Shown: positions 41,705 to 51,616, numbered from the stretch's first letter. The stretch: DNA of 64,000 nucleotides from an uncultured Desulfatitalea sp. (GCA_963668675.2 CAXXMB010000002.1:2240001-2304000); one strand, 5' to 3'. Numbers and translations are program-made. The notes: generated by a model not told the origin, from the letters alone.

Positions 41705-42243
41705 CCACAACCCACCAGATCCAGAAGCAAATCGGAAAGCCGTTTAAAGAATCCGATCCGCAGACGCTCAATCTTCAACGCCTCCTTGTAATCAAGGACA
41801 GCCGTATCCTGGCATTTGAACCTGTCCGGCTCAACCTGCAGGGCATAGGAGTTGACCTGTTGTTTCCAGAACCATTCCGCACAGCAGAACTGAATGTTAT
41901 CCGGGTCAAGCGATTCAGTTTGCTGTAGCGTTTGAATCAACCGCTCTCCCCGCAAGCTGTTCTCGACACAGATCGCAAGGTAGGCGATCCTGTAGGTCAC
42001 TGTTGAGATCGTATGGGTTGTCGGCAGGGCTGCGGTGTTGCGGGTATCACTCTGGCAGCCGTAAAGAAAATGGCCATAGCAGCTTTGCAGCGTAAAGCAG
42101 TAAGGCAATTGGTTGAATCTCTGGACAATGTCGATAATGGGCCCGTCAATTGCATCGCAGTTCAAGCGGGAAAGGTGTCTGTTGCGTTGATTTGGAAAAT
42201 CGGCGTTTTCCACCAGGGGTTTGGGGGGCAAAAAGGTTTCCAT
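41701..42243 (-). CDS. cassette hypothetical protein
   Basis: ATG overlaps GTTAAGA; ID.PI...TLQSCYGH motif. Confidence 0.7.
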   Translation of the reverse strand: METFLPPKPLVENADFPNQRNRHLSRLNCDAIDGPIIDIVQRFNQLPYCFTLQSCYGHFLYGCQSDTRNTAALPTTHTISTVTYRIAYLAICVENSLRGERLIQTLQQTESLDPDNIQFCCAEWFWKQQVNSYALQVEPDRFKCQDTAVLDYKEALKIERLRIGFFKRLSDLLLDLVGCG

Positions 42244-42334
42244 CTTAACAACCACCTGTAGCTGTTTTCTATCTGCTGGTCTCTCTGATGTGACGGCCGA
42301 AAATAGATCCTTAAGCAAATAACCAGAGTTATTT
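42243..42334 (-). other. attC-like site
   Basis: AAATAAC ... GTTAAGA, 92 bp, partial internal symmetry. Confidence 0.55.
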
Positions 42335-43222
42335 TGTTTGCAGTTTCTCGGCAGTAACAATGCAATGCGTACCGTTCACTCTTCCAATTCTCTTGCCATT
42401 TGGGTCGCTAAAATATGCCGCTTCAAGTCCTTTTGCATTTTTATGATCAATTAGCTGCATTGCATATCTATCAAGAAATTCCTCAATTTGTCCCTTCTCT
42501 ATTCCGAAATGCCATTGTTCGCCTGCACCGGATACTGTTTGTGCAATCCCCGTTTCACCATAATAAATTCCTTCACCTCGAAGAACAGACGCATAGATGT
42601 AGTCAAACACAACCCAACTTTCGATCCCAGCGTAATCCCGAATGGTTCGAAATGTTGTATCAACTGACTCGGGTTGTAAATACATCACCAGGCCCTCTAA
42701 TATAAACAGACTCCGTCGATTCATGCAGAACCCTGCCTCATTGAGTTTCATAGACAGTGATTCTTTATCAAAATCGATGGCAATAAATGTTAGGCTCGGA
42801 GGCACCGCCAAATTCCGTTTTTGATATTGATCAATTTTTGCTTGTTGTGTCACCATAACATCGAGTTCGAACACCCTGGTATTTCGAATTAAGTCCTGAA
42901 ACCGTAGAGATCGTGTGTCAAATCCAGCTCCAAATATCAGTACCTGGTCGAATTTTTCCGCCAAAGCCTGCTTAAAAACGGCATCTATGTATTTGGTTCG
43001 CGCGATGACATATTCATAAATGCCTTTAGGAGCTGCCACCTTTGTAAAGAGCATTCTTACCAGTGAGACATGAAGGAGCAGCTTTAGAGCCTTAGGAAGC
43101 AGCAAAGGGGCAATATGGTCGTTACTCTTGTAGTAATGATTTGTTTCCAGTGATGAACACGCACGGGACAAACAAGTCATCTCAGCTGTTCTTGAGGTAG
43201 TTGATTCGATCCTTCTTTTCAA
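42329..43222 (-). CDS. SAM-dependent methyltransferase (LCM-like family), cassette gene
   Basis: ARTKYID, GAGFDTR, FELD, EGLVMYL; probable TTG start near 43222. Confidence 0.88.
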   Translation of the reverse strand: MKRRIESTTSRTAEMTCLSRACSSLETNHYYKSNDHIAPLLLPKALKLLLHVSLVRMLFTKVAAPKGIYEYVIARTKYIDAVFKQALAEKFDQVLIFGAGFDTRSLRFQDLIRNTRVFELDVMVTQQAKIDQYQKRNLAVPPSLTFIAIDFDKESLSMKLNEAGFCMNRRSLFILEGLVMYLQPESVDTTFRTIRDYAGIESWVVFDYIYASVLRGEGIYYGETGIAQTVSGAGEQWHFGIEKGQIEEFLDRYAMQLIDHKNAKGLEAAYFSDPNGKRIGRVNGTHCIVTAEKLQTK

Positions 43223-43256
43223 GGCCAAACACCTATTTCTTATGCCTTTGCGATTT

Positions 43257-43318
43257 GCCCAAGGCCAAGCTTCACTATGCGCATGGTTTTTTCGATCCAC
43301 TGAAAGCACTGGTTGGAA
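43257..43318 (-). other. degenerate attC site (GTT changed to CTT)
   Basis: TTCCAAC CAGTGCTTTCAGTGGATCG...TGAAGCTTGGC CTTGGGC. Confidence 0.6.
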
Positions 43319-43374
43319 ATTGGCTTAAAAGCAGAGGAAACGAGTGAGTACACACGGCACGCGTACCTTCTATT

Positions 43375-43818
43375 CTATTCTTTTTTAGATGGTGCCAAAA
43401 ACCCAAGCAAAACTGCTATGGCACCACAAAATCCGGCCACTGCAGGCCAGAGTAGCTCCTTTGGCCCGGCTAACCGTGGAGAATCTGATGGGTTCTTTGG
43501 ATCATAGTTCACCCTGATTCTTTGGCCGATCTCGTATGAACCTGACCCCGTGGTTGACAAAAACTTATACTTTTTCTCTTTTACAGTGAATTCCACAACC
43601 GGGCGATAAATCGTCGCAGTCGCACTTCTCGTTCCTGGCGACCGGTATTTTTCCTTTTTGAGGCTGATGATTGTTCCTTGGGTTGTATGCACACCTTTTC
43701 CGAAGTTGAAGATATCGGCATAAATGTAGATCCCAACGGCAATAAATGCCAAGCCTATCATAACAACCATTACCCGCTGAGGCATGGTTAGCGGTGTTAT
43801 TGATCCTTTTGCTTCCAT
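43375..43818 (-). CDS. DUF3592-like membrane protein, cassette gene
   Basis: TM - TQGTII...YRPVVEF...YEIGQRIRVNYDPKNP - TM. Confidence 0.8.
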   Translation of the reverse strand: MEAKGSITPLTMPQRVMVVMIGLAFIAVGIYIYADIFNFGKGVHTTQGTIISLKKEKYRSPGTRSATATIYRPVVEFTVKEKKYKFLSTTGSGSYEIGQRIRVNYDPKNPSDSPRLAGPKELLWPAVAGFCGAIAVLLGFLAPSKKE

Positions 43819-43855
43819 AATAACCTTTATTTTCGTAAATTAATTAATGATTAAG

Positions 43856-43915
43856 TTCCAACGTGGCTGCTCTCCGGTGCGAGGTGCGAGCGTCGGGGGC
43901 AGTAGGATGTTATGA
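43856..43915 (-). other. attC site
   Basis: TCATAAC ... GTTGGAA, 60 bp, CTGCCCCCG/CGGAGAGCAG arms. Confidence 0.8.
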
Positions 43916-44329
43916 ACTTTTTTCTCTTTTTGTAAGGTTGATATCCAATTCGTTATACATCTTACTTGCCGAAATCTCGGAATATCCTGACCCAAGTCCT
44001 ATCCCAATTCCGAGGCAATATACTACAGCGAAATATGGGATGTATGAGAGTGCGAGTATCATCACTATTAATTTGGGAAGTTGGAAGCCTGTCGCACCTG
44101 ATAACATACGATGAGTGATCAAAAAAACTGGGGTAGAACCATAAATAATTCCGAAAATTGTTAATGCTATTTTTGCTTTTTGGCCAAACTTTCGATTTTC
44201 TGGGGAAGTGGTTTTATACCCTTTTACCTGGCATATGAGAATTTTAAATAGCTGGTAGACAGATCCAACAACAAGTGAACCATAAATTAAAATTGGAATT
44301 AAAGGCTCTATGCGATCAAAATACCCATT
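43910..44329 (-). pseudogene. cassette membrane-protein gene with frameshifted start
   Basis: frame is open from about 44340 to 43910 with hydrophobic segments, but the nearest ATG is 1 nt out of frame. Confidence 0.55.
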
Positions 44330-44341
44330 ATCTAATACGCT

Positions 44342-44470
44342 TCATAACGTTTGGCTCATGGACTTCAAAAGCATGCGGCATTCGCCAATAAAAAGTTAAA
44401 TGATGAAACCGTCATAGCTAAAATCGTTCGCCTTTTGTAGTCTTATGGAGCCGAAGGCTCAGAGTTATTT
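44342..44470 (-). other. attC site (long)
   Basis: AAATAAC ... GTTATGA, 129 bp, GGCTCCATAAGAC/GTCCATGAGCC arms. Confidence 0.72.
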
Positions 44471-44961
44471 CTTCAATCTTTCAGCTACTTCGGGCGGGGT
44501 AGCCTCAAAAGGAAGCAAGCCATAATCCTCTTTCGCATCAGGAAAAGAGTGCGCCATCGCAATCACGGTTATGATGTCACCTTTTTGATAGTCTGTTCTG
44601 ACAAGGGTGTCATTTACAACCACTTCTTGATCTTTCCATTTCACCAAATAGGATTTGTAAATTGCCTCGACATCTGTTGCGTAAAATACTTTTCCGGTTC
44701 TCTATGAAGGTTAAGTTAACATTCGAAATAGCAATTAGCGTCATTCCGGGCTTGACCCGGAATCCAGTATTTCCAATCTTTGCTGGATGCCGGATCAAGT
44801 CCGGCATGACGTTGCAGAAATTTTCGACATGCCCTTTATCCTTTTCATTCAAAAAGGAAATTTCGGTCTGAACGCCCTATAGCTGGCCAACTTAATCTTC
44901 ATAGAGAACCGGGTACAGAAATTAAAAAACAAAATATTATCAGAATCTTCAAATATTTCAT
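44465..44961 (-). pseudogene. exported-protein cassette gene interrupted by a MITE
   Basis: MKYLKILIIFCFLISVP before the element; KVFYATDVEAIYKSYLVKWKDQ...LKK* after it. Confidence 0.7.
44694..44912. mobile_element. 219-bp MITE-like element with REP-like core
   Basis: 24-bp terminal IRs matching 23/24 (CCGGTTCTCTATGAAGGTTAAGTT); core CGTCATTCCGG...CCGGCATGACG at about 44739-44811. Confidence 0.8.
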
Positions 44962-44971
44962 TTTTCGCGCT

Positions 44972-45035
44972 TCCGAACACGTGAAGCTTAGCGGCGCGGC
45001 GGCTTGTCCGCGTCCGCTGGATAGCCTGGTTCAGC
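44972..45035 (-). other. attC site
   Basis: GCTGAAC CAGGCTATCCAGCGGACGCGG...CCGCGCCGCTAAGCTTCACGT GTTCGGA, 64 bp. Confidence 0.85.
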
Positions 45036-46157
45036 GTGGCGGGTTCCTGCGTCCGGCACCGGTTCCATTTGATAGCGTTTAAGCAATGGGTCGCTCCGCT
45101 CCAGCACGCAACCCGGGTCTTTCTTTCCTGCGGCGTGGTTCTCCAAAAAAGCAATAGAGTACCGCCGGATAACCTCAAACTGCTCCTCAGTGCCGCTTAG
45201 CAGTTTCGTTCTGCGATTGTCCGTAAAGCGATTGTTGAATGAAAAATGGTTGGCCCCCTTGACCTCAAGGAAGTACTTCGGCATCGAAACACTTTTGTAG
45301 ATCTTGGCCGAAAGCTCCGACATTGTTTCGGAGCCGCGTCTTTGGTTTTCCTCTCGTTCTCCCATGAACAGCATGGAGGGGATGCGCACGGCCTTAAGCT
45401 CGTTTTCACTGTACAGGTAACCACCGGCCCCCGTCGAGAACAACAACACGGCCTTAATGCGGGGATCATGGCGCGCCTTGATTGTCCCGCTGAGCCCCAG
45501 TGCCGTGTATCCTCCAAAAGAATGTCCCCCGACAGCGATGCGGTCTCTGTCGATCAGTTTCCCGAACATATCGGAAGTCAGCATGTCATCCAGCACTAAT
45601 CTCATCTCGTCCAGTCGGTAAGAATACTTGCCGCGCTCAGCTGGGCCGGAAGCTGCTATCTCCTTGGCGTACCGCAGTAAACCGAGACGGTCGAAGCTCT
45701 CCTTTTTACCGGTGCGTATACGGACGGCCGAATACTTGTCATGGTGATCCGGACATGCCACGATCCACCCACGAGCAGCAAGGGCTTCGGTGAAAAATAC
45801 TGCGCTGAGCCCACTGCCTCCGTACCCGTGCGAAAATACCAGCAAAGGATAGGGGCCACTTTCGGCGCGGGGCGCTGCATCGACAGCAATGTTGCCGATT
45901 GTTGGTCCGCCGTAGATGTGCATCTTCGGCTGCGCCGCGGTTGGATACCACACGGCTACGGTGAGCGTTTGCTCCTTCCCGTCCTTTCGGTGCTTGAGAT
46001 CGAGGGCCTGATAACCAACTCCGAACCGAGGCTGGAGTGTTTCTCCTATTACGTCCGAGTTCACGGGCGTGCAACTCAGGAGGCCGAAAACAAGGAAAAC
46101 CTTGACCAAGCGCGCGATCAGCGGATAGCCTGTTTCAGCCTTCCAGATTGCTACCAT
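44988..46157 (-). CDS. alpha/beta-hydrolase (dienelactone hydrolase-like), possible lipoprotein, cassette gene
   Basis: FSHGYGG, GHSFGG nucleophile elbow, GANHFSF; LLSC lipobox-like; start placed downstream of the preceding attC. Confidence 0.85.
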   Translation of the reverse strand: MVAIWKAETGYPLIARLVKVFLVFGLLSCTPVNSDVIGETLQPRFGVGYQALDLKHRKDGKEQTLTVAVWYPTAAQPKMHIYGGPTIGNIAVDAAPRAESGPYPLLVFSHGYGGSGLSAVFFTEALAARGWIVACPDHHDKYSAVRIRTGKKESFDRLGLLRYAKEIAASGPAERGKYSYRLDEMRLVLDDMLTSDMFGKLIDRDRIAVGGHSFGGYTALGLSGTIKARHDPRIKAVLLFSTGAGGYLYSENELKAVRIPSMLFMGEREENQRRGSETMSELSAKIYKSVSMPKYFLEVKGANHFSFNNRFTDNRRTKLLSGTEEQFEVIRRYSIAFLENHAAGKKDPGCVLERSDPLLKRYQMEPVPDAGTRHAEPGYPADADKPPRR

Positions 46158-46202
46158 ACCGATTCCACCCCCAGGCCGTAAAAATGTCTCATGCTCATTG
46201 CA

Positions 46203-46275
46203 TCCGAACGCCAAGGTTGAGAGGTGCGAATGAAGCGCAGCGCAATGAGCATCCTTCTCAAACCTCATGTTAGCA
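46203..46275 (-). other. attC site
   Basis: TGCTAAC ATGAGGTTTGAGAAGGATGC...GCACCTCTCAACCTTGGC GTTCGGA, 73 bp. Confidence 0.85.
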
Positions 46276-46827
46276 GAAAAATGATATGATTTTCAGATTT
46301 CATTTATTTTCATTTGTATATATGAAGAAAAATAGCCTCTATATTTTTCTTGCAGTTTAGCAATTTTTCAATCTGAGTCCTTTATTAGCCTACGACATTC
46401 TGAGGATCTACAATTGCACTGCATTGGCTCTTTATCGGCGCCAAACATTGCATAATCGATAGTCAATTCTTCGTCACAATTAATTTCGCGTATTGCGACG
46501 AATATAATCTGCCCAAGTATGCCAACGTTTGGCTCACAGGAATGATTTAAAAACATCATTACATCATCTACTTCTCGCGAATTAAACGGAGCAAGAACAA
46601 ATTCATCGGCAATTGGATATCCCCAATACCCTTCTGGTTTTTTAATTTCCGCCTCCATCTGCCGAGTTATAATATGCCCGCCCCCCTCTAACCGAAACAA
46701 TTTCGCCTTTCCGCATTGGCTCCTTAGCAAATAGACCAAGTCCCGCTGTGTCGCTTTTTTTTATTTCAGCCTTTATTGAGCGATATGATGCAGCATTTCT
46801 ACTGATGATTTCTGTATTGTCTATCAT
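46265..46827 (-). pseudogene. SET-domain methyltransferase cassette, frameshifted and with a nonsense codon
   Basis: GLGLFAKE..GE, FLNHSCEPN, EELTIDY, CNC...C; frameshift in a G-run near 46680; in-frame TGA at 46368-46370 followed by more coding-like sequence. Confidence 0.8.
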
Positions 46828-46880
46828 TTTTATTCAACCTCAATCTGGCTAACATAGAGTGGCAGCAGGCCATCGATCAA

Positions 46881-47342
46881 ATGGTTAAAGCGATGCGGTT
46901 CAAGCATCTTTCGTATCGCACCGAACAGACCTATTTGGTCTGGATGCGCTCTTTTTATTCATTTTTAAACGGTACTTCGCCGTGGCAATTGGAATCAAGA
47001 GATGTCATGCGTTTTTTAACCCATCTTGCCGTTGAACGCAAGGTTGCAAAAAGTACCCAAAATGTGTCTTTCAATGCCATCCTGTTTTTCTTCCGCAGGG
47101 TGTTGGATAAAGATATCGGAGCGTTGTGGCAGGCGGTGCGGGCCGAACGCAAGCAACGGCTGCCGGTGGTGCTTACACCGGAAGAGGTTCAACAGGTATT
47201 CGATCAGATGCGCGATATCCGTACGGTTCAGGATCTGCTCGGCCACGCCAATCTCCAAACCACGATGATCTACACCCACGTGGCAAGGCACAACAAACTT
47301 GGGGTGCGCAGCCCTTTGGAGCGTTGGCCTTCTGGCGGCTGA
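46881..47342 (+). pseudogene. intI: integron integrase remnant with in-frame internal deletion
   Basis: [36 protein letters not shown] joined directly to [11 protein letters not shown]...TTMIYTHV; catalytic R and HxxR segments missing. Confidence 0.92.
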
Positions 47343-47350
47343 CTCTCTCT

Positions 47351-48799
47351 TCAGGGCTTTTCTTCTATCCCGCACAGGTGTTTGGCGCGTTTTTGTTTCT
47401 CCTTCATGTTGACCAGCCGTGCGATCATGATGCGCTGGGCCTGGGGCGACCCGGCGCCGTGCATCGATTCGGTGAGATAGGCGACGGCCTGGGCGCCGAG
47501 GGTCATGGCTTCGATCAGTCTCAGGATGCGCATGCGGTTTTCGGTGGAGGTGTCGGCTTTGGCGCGGTAGTACTTCTCCATGAGCGGGCCTGTTTCGGGA
47601 GCGCGGAAGTCGGCCTCGGACGGCAGGGTCACCATGAGGCCGCCGGCAATGTCCTGGGCCAGGCGGGAGATGATGTAGGGGTACTGGGTGATGTTGTATT
47701 TGAAGACGTTGGCCATGAGCGCGTCGACGATGTAGGTGCCGCCGGGTTCGGCGTGGCCTTCGTGGGCGCAGGCCAGGGTGCCGCAGAAGAGGGCTTCGTT
47801 GAGGTGGTTCATCTCCACGATTTTGTCTTTCACGTGGGAGGCCTTGTCGGTGCCGTTGTATTCGGCGATGGTCTGGGTGGCGCCGATGAGCACGTCGCCC
47901 ACGCCCACCTTGCAGGCGTAGCTCTGGCGGTGGTAGGCGGTGAATTTTTCCACCAGCGGGCCGGTGAATTCGTACTCTTTGTACATGAAGACGCGTTCCC
48001 AGGGGATGAAGACGTCGTCGAAGACCATCAGCACTTCGTGGCCGCCGTAGTAAAGGTTGCCCATGTCCATGGGGTGGCCTTCGGTTCGGCGGGTGTCGCA
48101 CGACTGGCGCCCCATGATGTAGGTGATGCCGGGGTGATCGGCGGGAACGTTGAACGAGACGGCGTAATCTCTGTCTGCTTCGCGCATGGTGGCGGTGGGC
48201 ATGACGATGATTTCGTGGGAGTTGAGGGCGCCGGTCTGGTGGGCCTTGGCGCCGCGCACCACGATGCCGTCGTTGCGCTCTTCGACCACGTGCAGGTAGA
48301 GATCCGGGTCGGCCTGCTGGTGGGGGGGCAGCGAGCGGTCGCCCTTGGGGTCGGTCATGGCGCCGTCGCACACCAGGTCTTGCTCCTGCACGCGGGAGAG
48401 AAAATGGAGAAAGCGCCGGTTGTATTCGGTGCCCCTCTTCTGATCGATGGCGTGGGTGATGATCGAGAGGGTGTTGAGGGAGTCCATGCCCACGCAGCGC
48501 TGGAAGCAGCAGCCGGTGTGCGATCCGAGCAGGCGGCCCATTTTGGATTTGAGCACCAGATCGCGGCTGTTTTGGAAGATGTGGGTGAAGCGGTTGATCC
48601 GCTTGCCGGAGAGATGCGAGGTGGCGGTCATGACCTCTTCGTGTTCGGGCCGATGGGCCATCTCGTAGGTTTTGGCCACAGCGTTGCGCGACGGCCGGAT
48701 GATGGGGTCGGCGCCGATGTTGGTGATCTTTTTGCCGAACATGTAGACGGAGAGGTTGAGCTTCTCCAGGCTCTCTTCATATTGTTCCGGGGTCATCAT
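47351..48799 (-). CDS. abfD: 4-hydroxybutyryl-CoA dehydratase (HpaB-like fold)
   Basis: CFQRCVGMD, AMTDPKGDRS, GAKAHQTG, HRQSYACKVGVGDV, ESMHGAGSPQAQ. Confidence 0.85.
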   Translation of the reverse strand: MMTPEQYEESLEKLNLSVYMFGKKITNIGADPIIRPSRNAVAKTYEMAHRPEHEEVMTATSHLSGKRINRFTHIFQNSRDLVLKSKMGRLLGSHTGCCFQRCVGMDSLNTLSIITHAIDQKRGTEYNRRFLHFLSRVQEQDLVCDGAMTDPKGDRSLPPHQQADPDLYLHVVEERNDGIVVRGAKAHQTGALNSHEIIVMPTATMREADRDYAVSFNVPADHPGITYIMGRQSCDTRRTEGHPMDMGNLYYGGHEVLMVFDDVFIPWERVFMYKEYEFTGPLVEKFTAYHRQSYACKVGVGDVLIGATQTIAEYNGTDKASHVKDKIVEMNHLNEALFCGTLACAHEGHAEPGGTYIVDALMANVFKYNITQYPYIISRLAQDIAGGLMVTLPSEADFRAPETGPLMEKYYRAKADTSTENRMRILRLIEAMTLGAQAVAYLTESMHGAGSPQAQRIMIARLVNMKEKQKRAKHLCGIEEKP

Positions 48800-48835
48800 G
48801 GGGTGTTTCTCCTTCACCTTTTTACTTTGGTGCTT

Positions 48836-51616
48836 TCATACTTTCTTACTTCTATTTTCTTTTTCCTTGAGAGGTATATCGCTTTTGCCTTTACCTCCCG
48901 TTTCATCCAACACTTGACGGATCAGGACCGACAGACGCTCCATGGCCAGCGGTTTGAGGGTGAAGGCGCGGATGCCCAAGGCCAGGGCTTTCTCTTCGGT
49001 CATGTTTTCGGTGTATCCGGTGCACAGGATGATGGGCAGGTCGGGACGAATCTTGAGCAGCTGCCGGGCCAGGTCGTCTCCGGTCATCCCGGGCATCACC
49101 ATGTCGGTGAGGACCAGGTCGAAGGCATCGGGAGTCTCTCGGACGCGTTCAAGGGCCTGGGGGCTGCTGTTGCAGGTCTCGACCTTGTAACCCAGCAGGC
49201 CGAGCATGTGCTTGAGCATGTCGGTCTGGAAAACTTCGTCGTCGACGAAGAGGATACGCTCTTTTCCGGTAGGCAGCTTGGCGGGAGGCTTGGCGGCCGC
49301 TGCCGGTTGGTGTCCTTCGACGATTGGGAAGTAGAGGTCGAAACGGGCGCCTTGGCCTGGCGTGCTCTCTACGGTGACGATGCCGTTGAGGGCGGCGACG
49401 ATGCCGTGGACCACGGAGAGTCCCATGCCGGTGCCTTCACCTTTGGGTTTGGTGGTGAAGAAGGGGTCGAAGACGCGGTTCAAATCTTCTGGGGCGATGC
49501 CGGTGCCGGTGTCGCTGACGGTGAGCCGCTGGCAGAACCCGGGTTTGATATCGGGGTGCCGGCGTATGAAGGCGTCGTCCACATCGAACGCTTCGAGTAC
49601 GACGGTGAGTTTGCCGCCGCCGTTTTGCATGGCGTAGCCGGCGTTGGCGCACAGGTTCATCATCACCTGATGGATCTGGACCGGGTCGGCCTTGATAAAG
49701 GCGTCGCTTTCAAGCCGCTGTTCGATCTTGACGGTAGCTGGCAGGGTGGCGCGTACCAGCTTGAGCACCTCCTTGACGATGGTTTTGATTTGCATCGGCG
49801 TGGGTTCAGCGTCGTTGCGGCGGCTGAAGGTGAGGATCTGTTTGACCAGCTGTTCGGCCCTCTCCCCGGCTTCGAGCACCCGCTTCAGGTAGTCGTGTTG
49901 GGTGGTCTCAGGGGGCATATCGCTGATGACGATCTGGGTGTAGCCGATGATGGCGGCCAGTATGTTGTTGAAGTCGTGGGCGACGCCACCGGCCAGGGTG
50001 CCGAGGGCCTCCATCTTCTGGGCTTGGAGCAGCTGTCGTTCGAGCTGCTGGCGCCGCTGTTCGGCTTCGGTGCGCGCGGTGATGTCGAGCATGATGCCCA
50101 CCAGCCCGGCAGCGCGGCCTTCGGCGTCATTGAATGTGGCTTTGAAGAGCATGAAGTCGCGCGTCCGACCGTCGGCGGTCACAAGGCGCTCCTCCTGATG
50201 TTGGATGCCGGGGGAGGCGACCAGTAGCAGGTCCTGGCGATGAAACGCTTCGGCCCGGTCCTTGAAACTGATATCCCCCAGGTCGATGAGCCGCCTGCCT
50301 AAGATGGCGTTTTTGGAGAGCCCGATGGTTTGGGCGTAGGCGGCGTTGCAGCCGAGAAAGATGCCCTGGTCGTCTTTGTAGAAGACCGGATTGGGGATGG
50401 TGTCGATGAGGGTGTTCAAAAACTCGATGTTGTCCAGGAGAGCTCTTTCCGCCTTCTTGCGATGGGTGATGTCCGATATGACCGTGATCAGGCCGATCAC
50501 CTGCCCCTGGCCATCTGTTTTGTAGCGCCAATCCACCTGTACATCGATGAGGCGGCCGTCCCTGGTGCGATCCCGGCCGAACCAGGGGCTGGGGTGCGGC
50601 TGCTGCTCAACCAGGAAGGCCAGGTGGTCTTTCAGTTGCCGCCGTTCGGTTTCATCGGCCGTCAGGTCGAACATGGAGGTGCCGGTCAGCTCTCCGTCGT
50701 CGTGGCCGTAAAGTTTGGCGTGGGCCGGGTTGACGAAGGTGATGATGCCCCGGGTGTCGATCTCCCGGATGCCGTCGGGGATGGTCTCCACGAGCATGCG
50801 GTAGCGTGATTCGCTCTCTCCCAGGGCGGTATGGGATTCGATAAGATCCCGGGTGCGCTCCTTGACCCGTCTCTCCAGATTGTGGCGGGCCTTGTGCAGC
50901 GCATGGTCCATCTCCCGGTGGGCCAGCATGGCGCTGCCGGCCTTGAAGAGGATCACCGCGGCGATGGCCAGCATGCAGAGGGCGATGATCAGCATGGTCA
51001 GATGGCTGCGCTGTTGTACGGCGGCAAGCTGCGACTGGGCGGCCGAGATGTCGTAGTAGATCTCGAAAGCACCCATGAAGGCCTCGTTGAGCATGATGGG
51101 GACGTAGATCTCCACCACATCCACGGCGGTCTCGGCCCTCTCCAGGGTCAGGCCGCCGCTCTTGACCAGATGGGAGTGGATATGGCCTTTGGCCACTTTA
51201 TCGATGAAGTAGGCGTGCTGGTTGACCGTACCCGCCTCTTGCGGGTCGGTTGAGAAGATCACCCGCCCGTCGGGGTCGAACAGTTTGAGCTTGCGCAGTT
51301 GAAAATCGGTTTTCAGCTCGGCCACCGAGAGCAGCATATCGGCACGCGAGACGGCTTCGTTCAGCGGCACCACGCCGATCTCCAGGGTGCGCATCAGGTG
51401 GACCGCCGTGCGGCGGGCTTCGTCTTCGCTCAGACGGGTGAGCAGGTTGCGGTAGGCGGGTGTCAGGTAGAGCCAGCTATAGAGCGGGAAGAGCAGAGCG
51501 ACCAGCAAAAACGCGATCAGGATGTTGCGCAGGAACGAAACGCCAAGAATATAGTGACCTATCTGGGCGGGTGTATATGAATGTTTTTGGCGCGCGCTTG
51601 GCTGAACGCTCGTCAT
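48836..51616 (-). CDS. membrane hybrid histidine kinase with two PAS domains and receiver
   Basis: 2 TM with periplasmic domain, PAS x2, [21 protein letters not shown], receiver. Confidence 0.92.
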   Translation of the reverse strand: MTSVQPSARQKHSYTPAQIGHYILGVSFLRNILIAFLLVALLFPLYSWLYLTPAYRNLLTRLSEDEARRTAVHLMRTLEIGVVPLNEAVSRADMLLSVAELKTDFQLRKLKLFDPDGRVIFSTDPQEAGTVNQHAYFIDKVAKGHIHSHLVKSGGLTLERAETAVDVVEIYVPIMLNEAFMGAFEIYYDISAAQSQLAAVQQRSHLTMLIIALCMLAIAAVILFKAGSAMLAHREMDHALHKARHNLERRVKERTRDLIESHTALGESESRYRMLVETIPDGIREIDTRGIITFVNPAHAKLYGHDDGELTGTSMFDLTADETERRQLKDHLAFLVEQQPHPSPWFGRDRTRDGRLIDVQVDWRYKTDGQGQVIGLITVISDITHRKKAERALLDNIEFLNTLIDTIPNPVFYKDDQGIFLGCNAAYAQTIGLSKNAILGRRLIDLGDISFKDRAEAFHRQDLLLVASPGIQHQEERLVTADGRTRDFMLFKATFNDAEGRAAGLVGIMLDITARTEAEQRRQQLERQLLQAQKMEALGTLAGGVAHDFNNILAAIIGYTQIVISDMPPETTQHDYLKRVLEAGERAEQLVKQILTFSRRNDAEPTPMQIKTIVKEVLKLVRATLPATVKIEQRLESDAFIKADPVQIHQVMMNLCANAGYAMQNGGGKLTVVLEAFDVDDAFIRRHPDIKPGFCQRLTVSDTGTGIAPEDLNRVFDPFFTTKPKGEGTGMGLSVVHGIVAALNGIVTVESTPGQGARFDLYFPIVEGHQPAAAAKPPAKLPTGKERILFVDDEVFQTDMLKHMLGLLGYKVETCNSSPQALERVRETPDAFDLVLTDMVMPGMTGDDLARQLLKIRPDLPIILCTGYTENMTEEKALALGIRAFTLKPLAMERLSVLIRQVLDETGGKGKSDIPLKEKENRSKKV

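Larger units (their letters stand above)
41659..46853 (-). mobile_element. integron gene-cassette array (about 7 cassettes)
   Basis: co-oriented low-GC ORFs each followed by an xxxxAAC...GTTxxxx imperfect palindrome; adjacent divergent intI remnant. Confidence 0.88.

Noticed and set aside
44610..44871. Short ORFs containing VIPGLTRNP / VMPDLIRHP
   Set aside because: Translations of the REP/MITE, not genes
46158..46268. N-terminal extension of the hydrolase ORF in the track
   Set aside because: It runs through the upstream attC site; the real start is probably 46157
46368..46370. TGA in the SET cassette as selenocysteine
   Set aside because: Context fits a Trp codon mutated to stop, and the gene is also frameshifted
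47126..50227. 1033-aa plus-strand ORF
   Set aside because: Antisense shadow of abfD and the kinase; no recognisable motifs; expected in high-GC coding DNA
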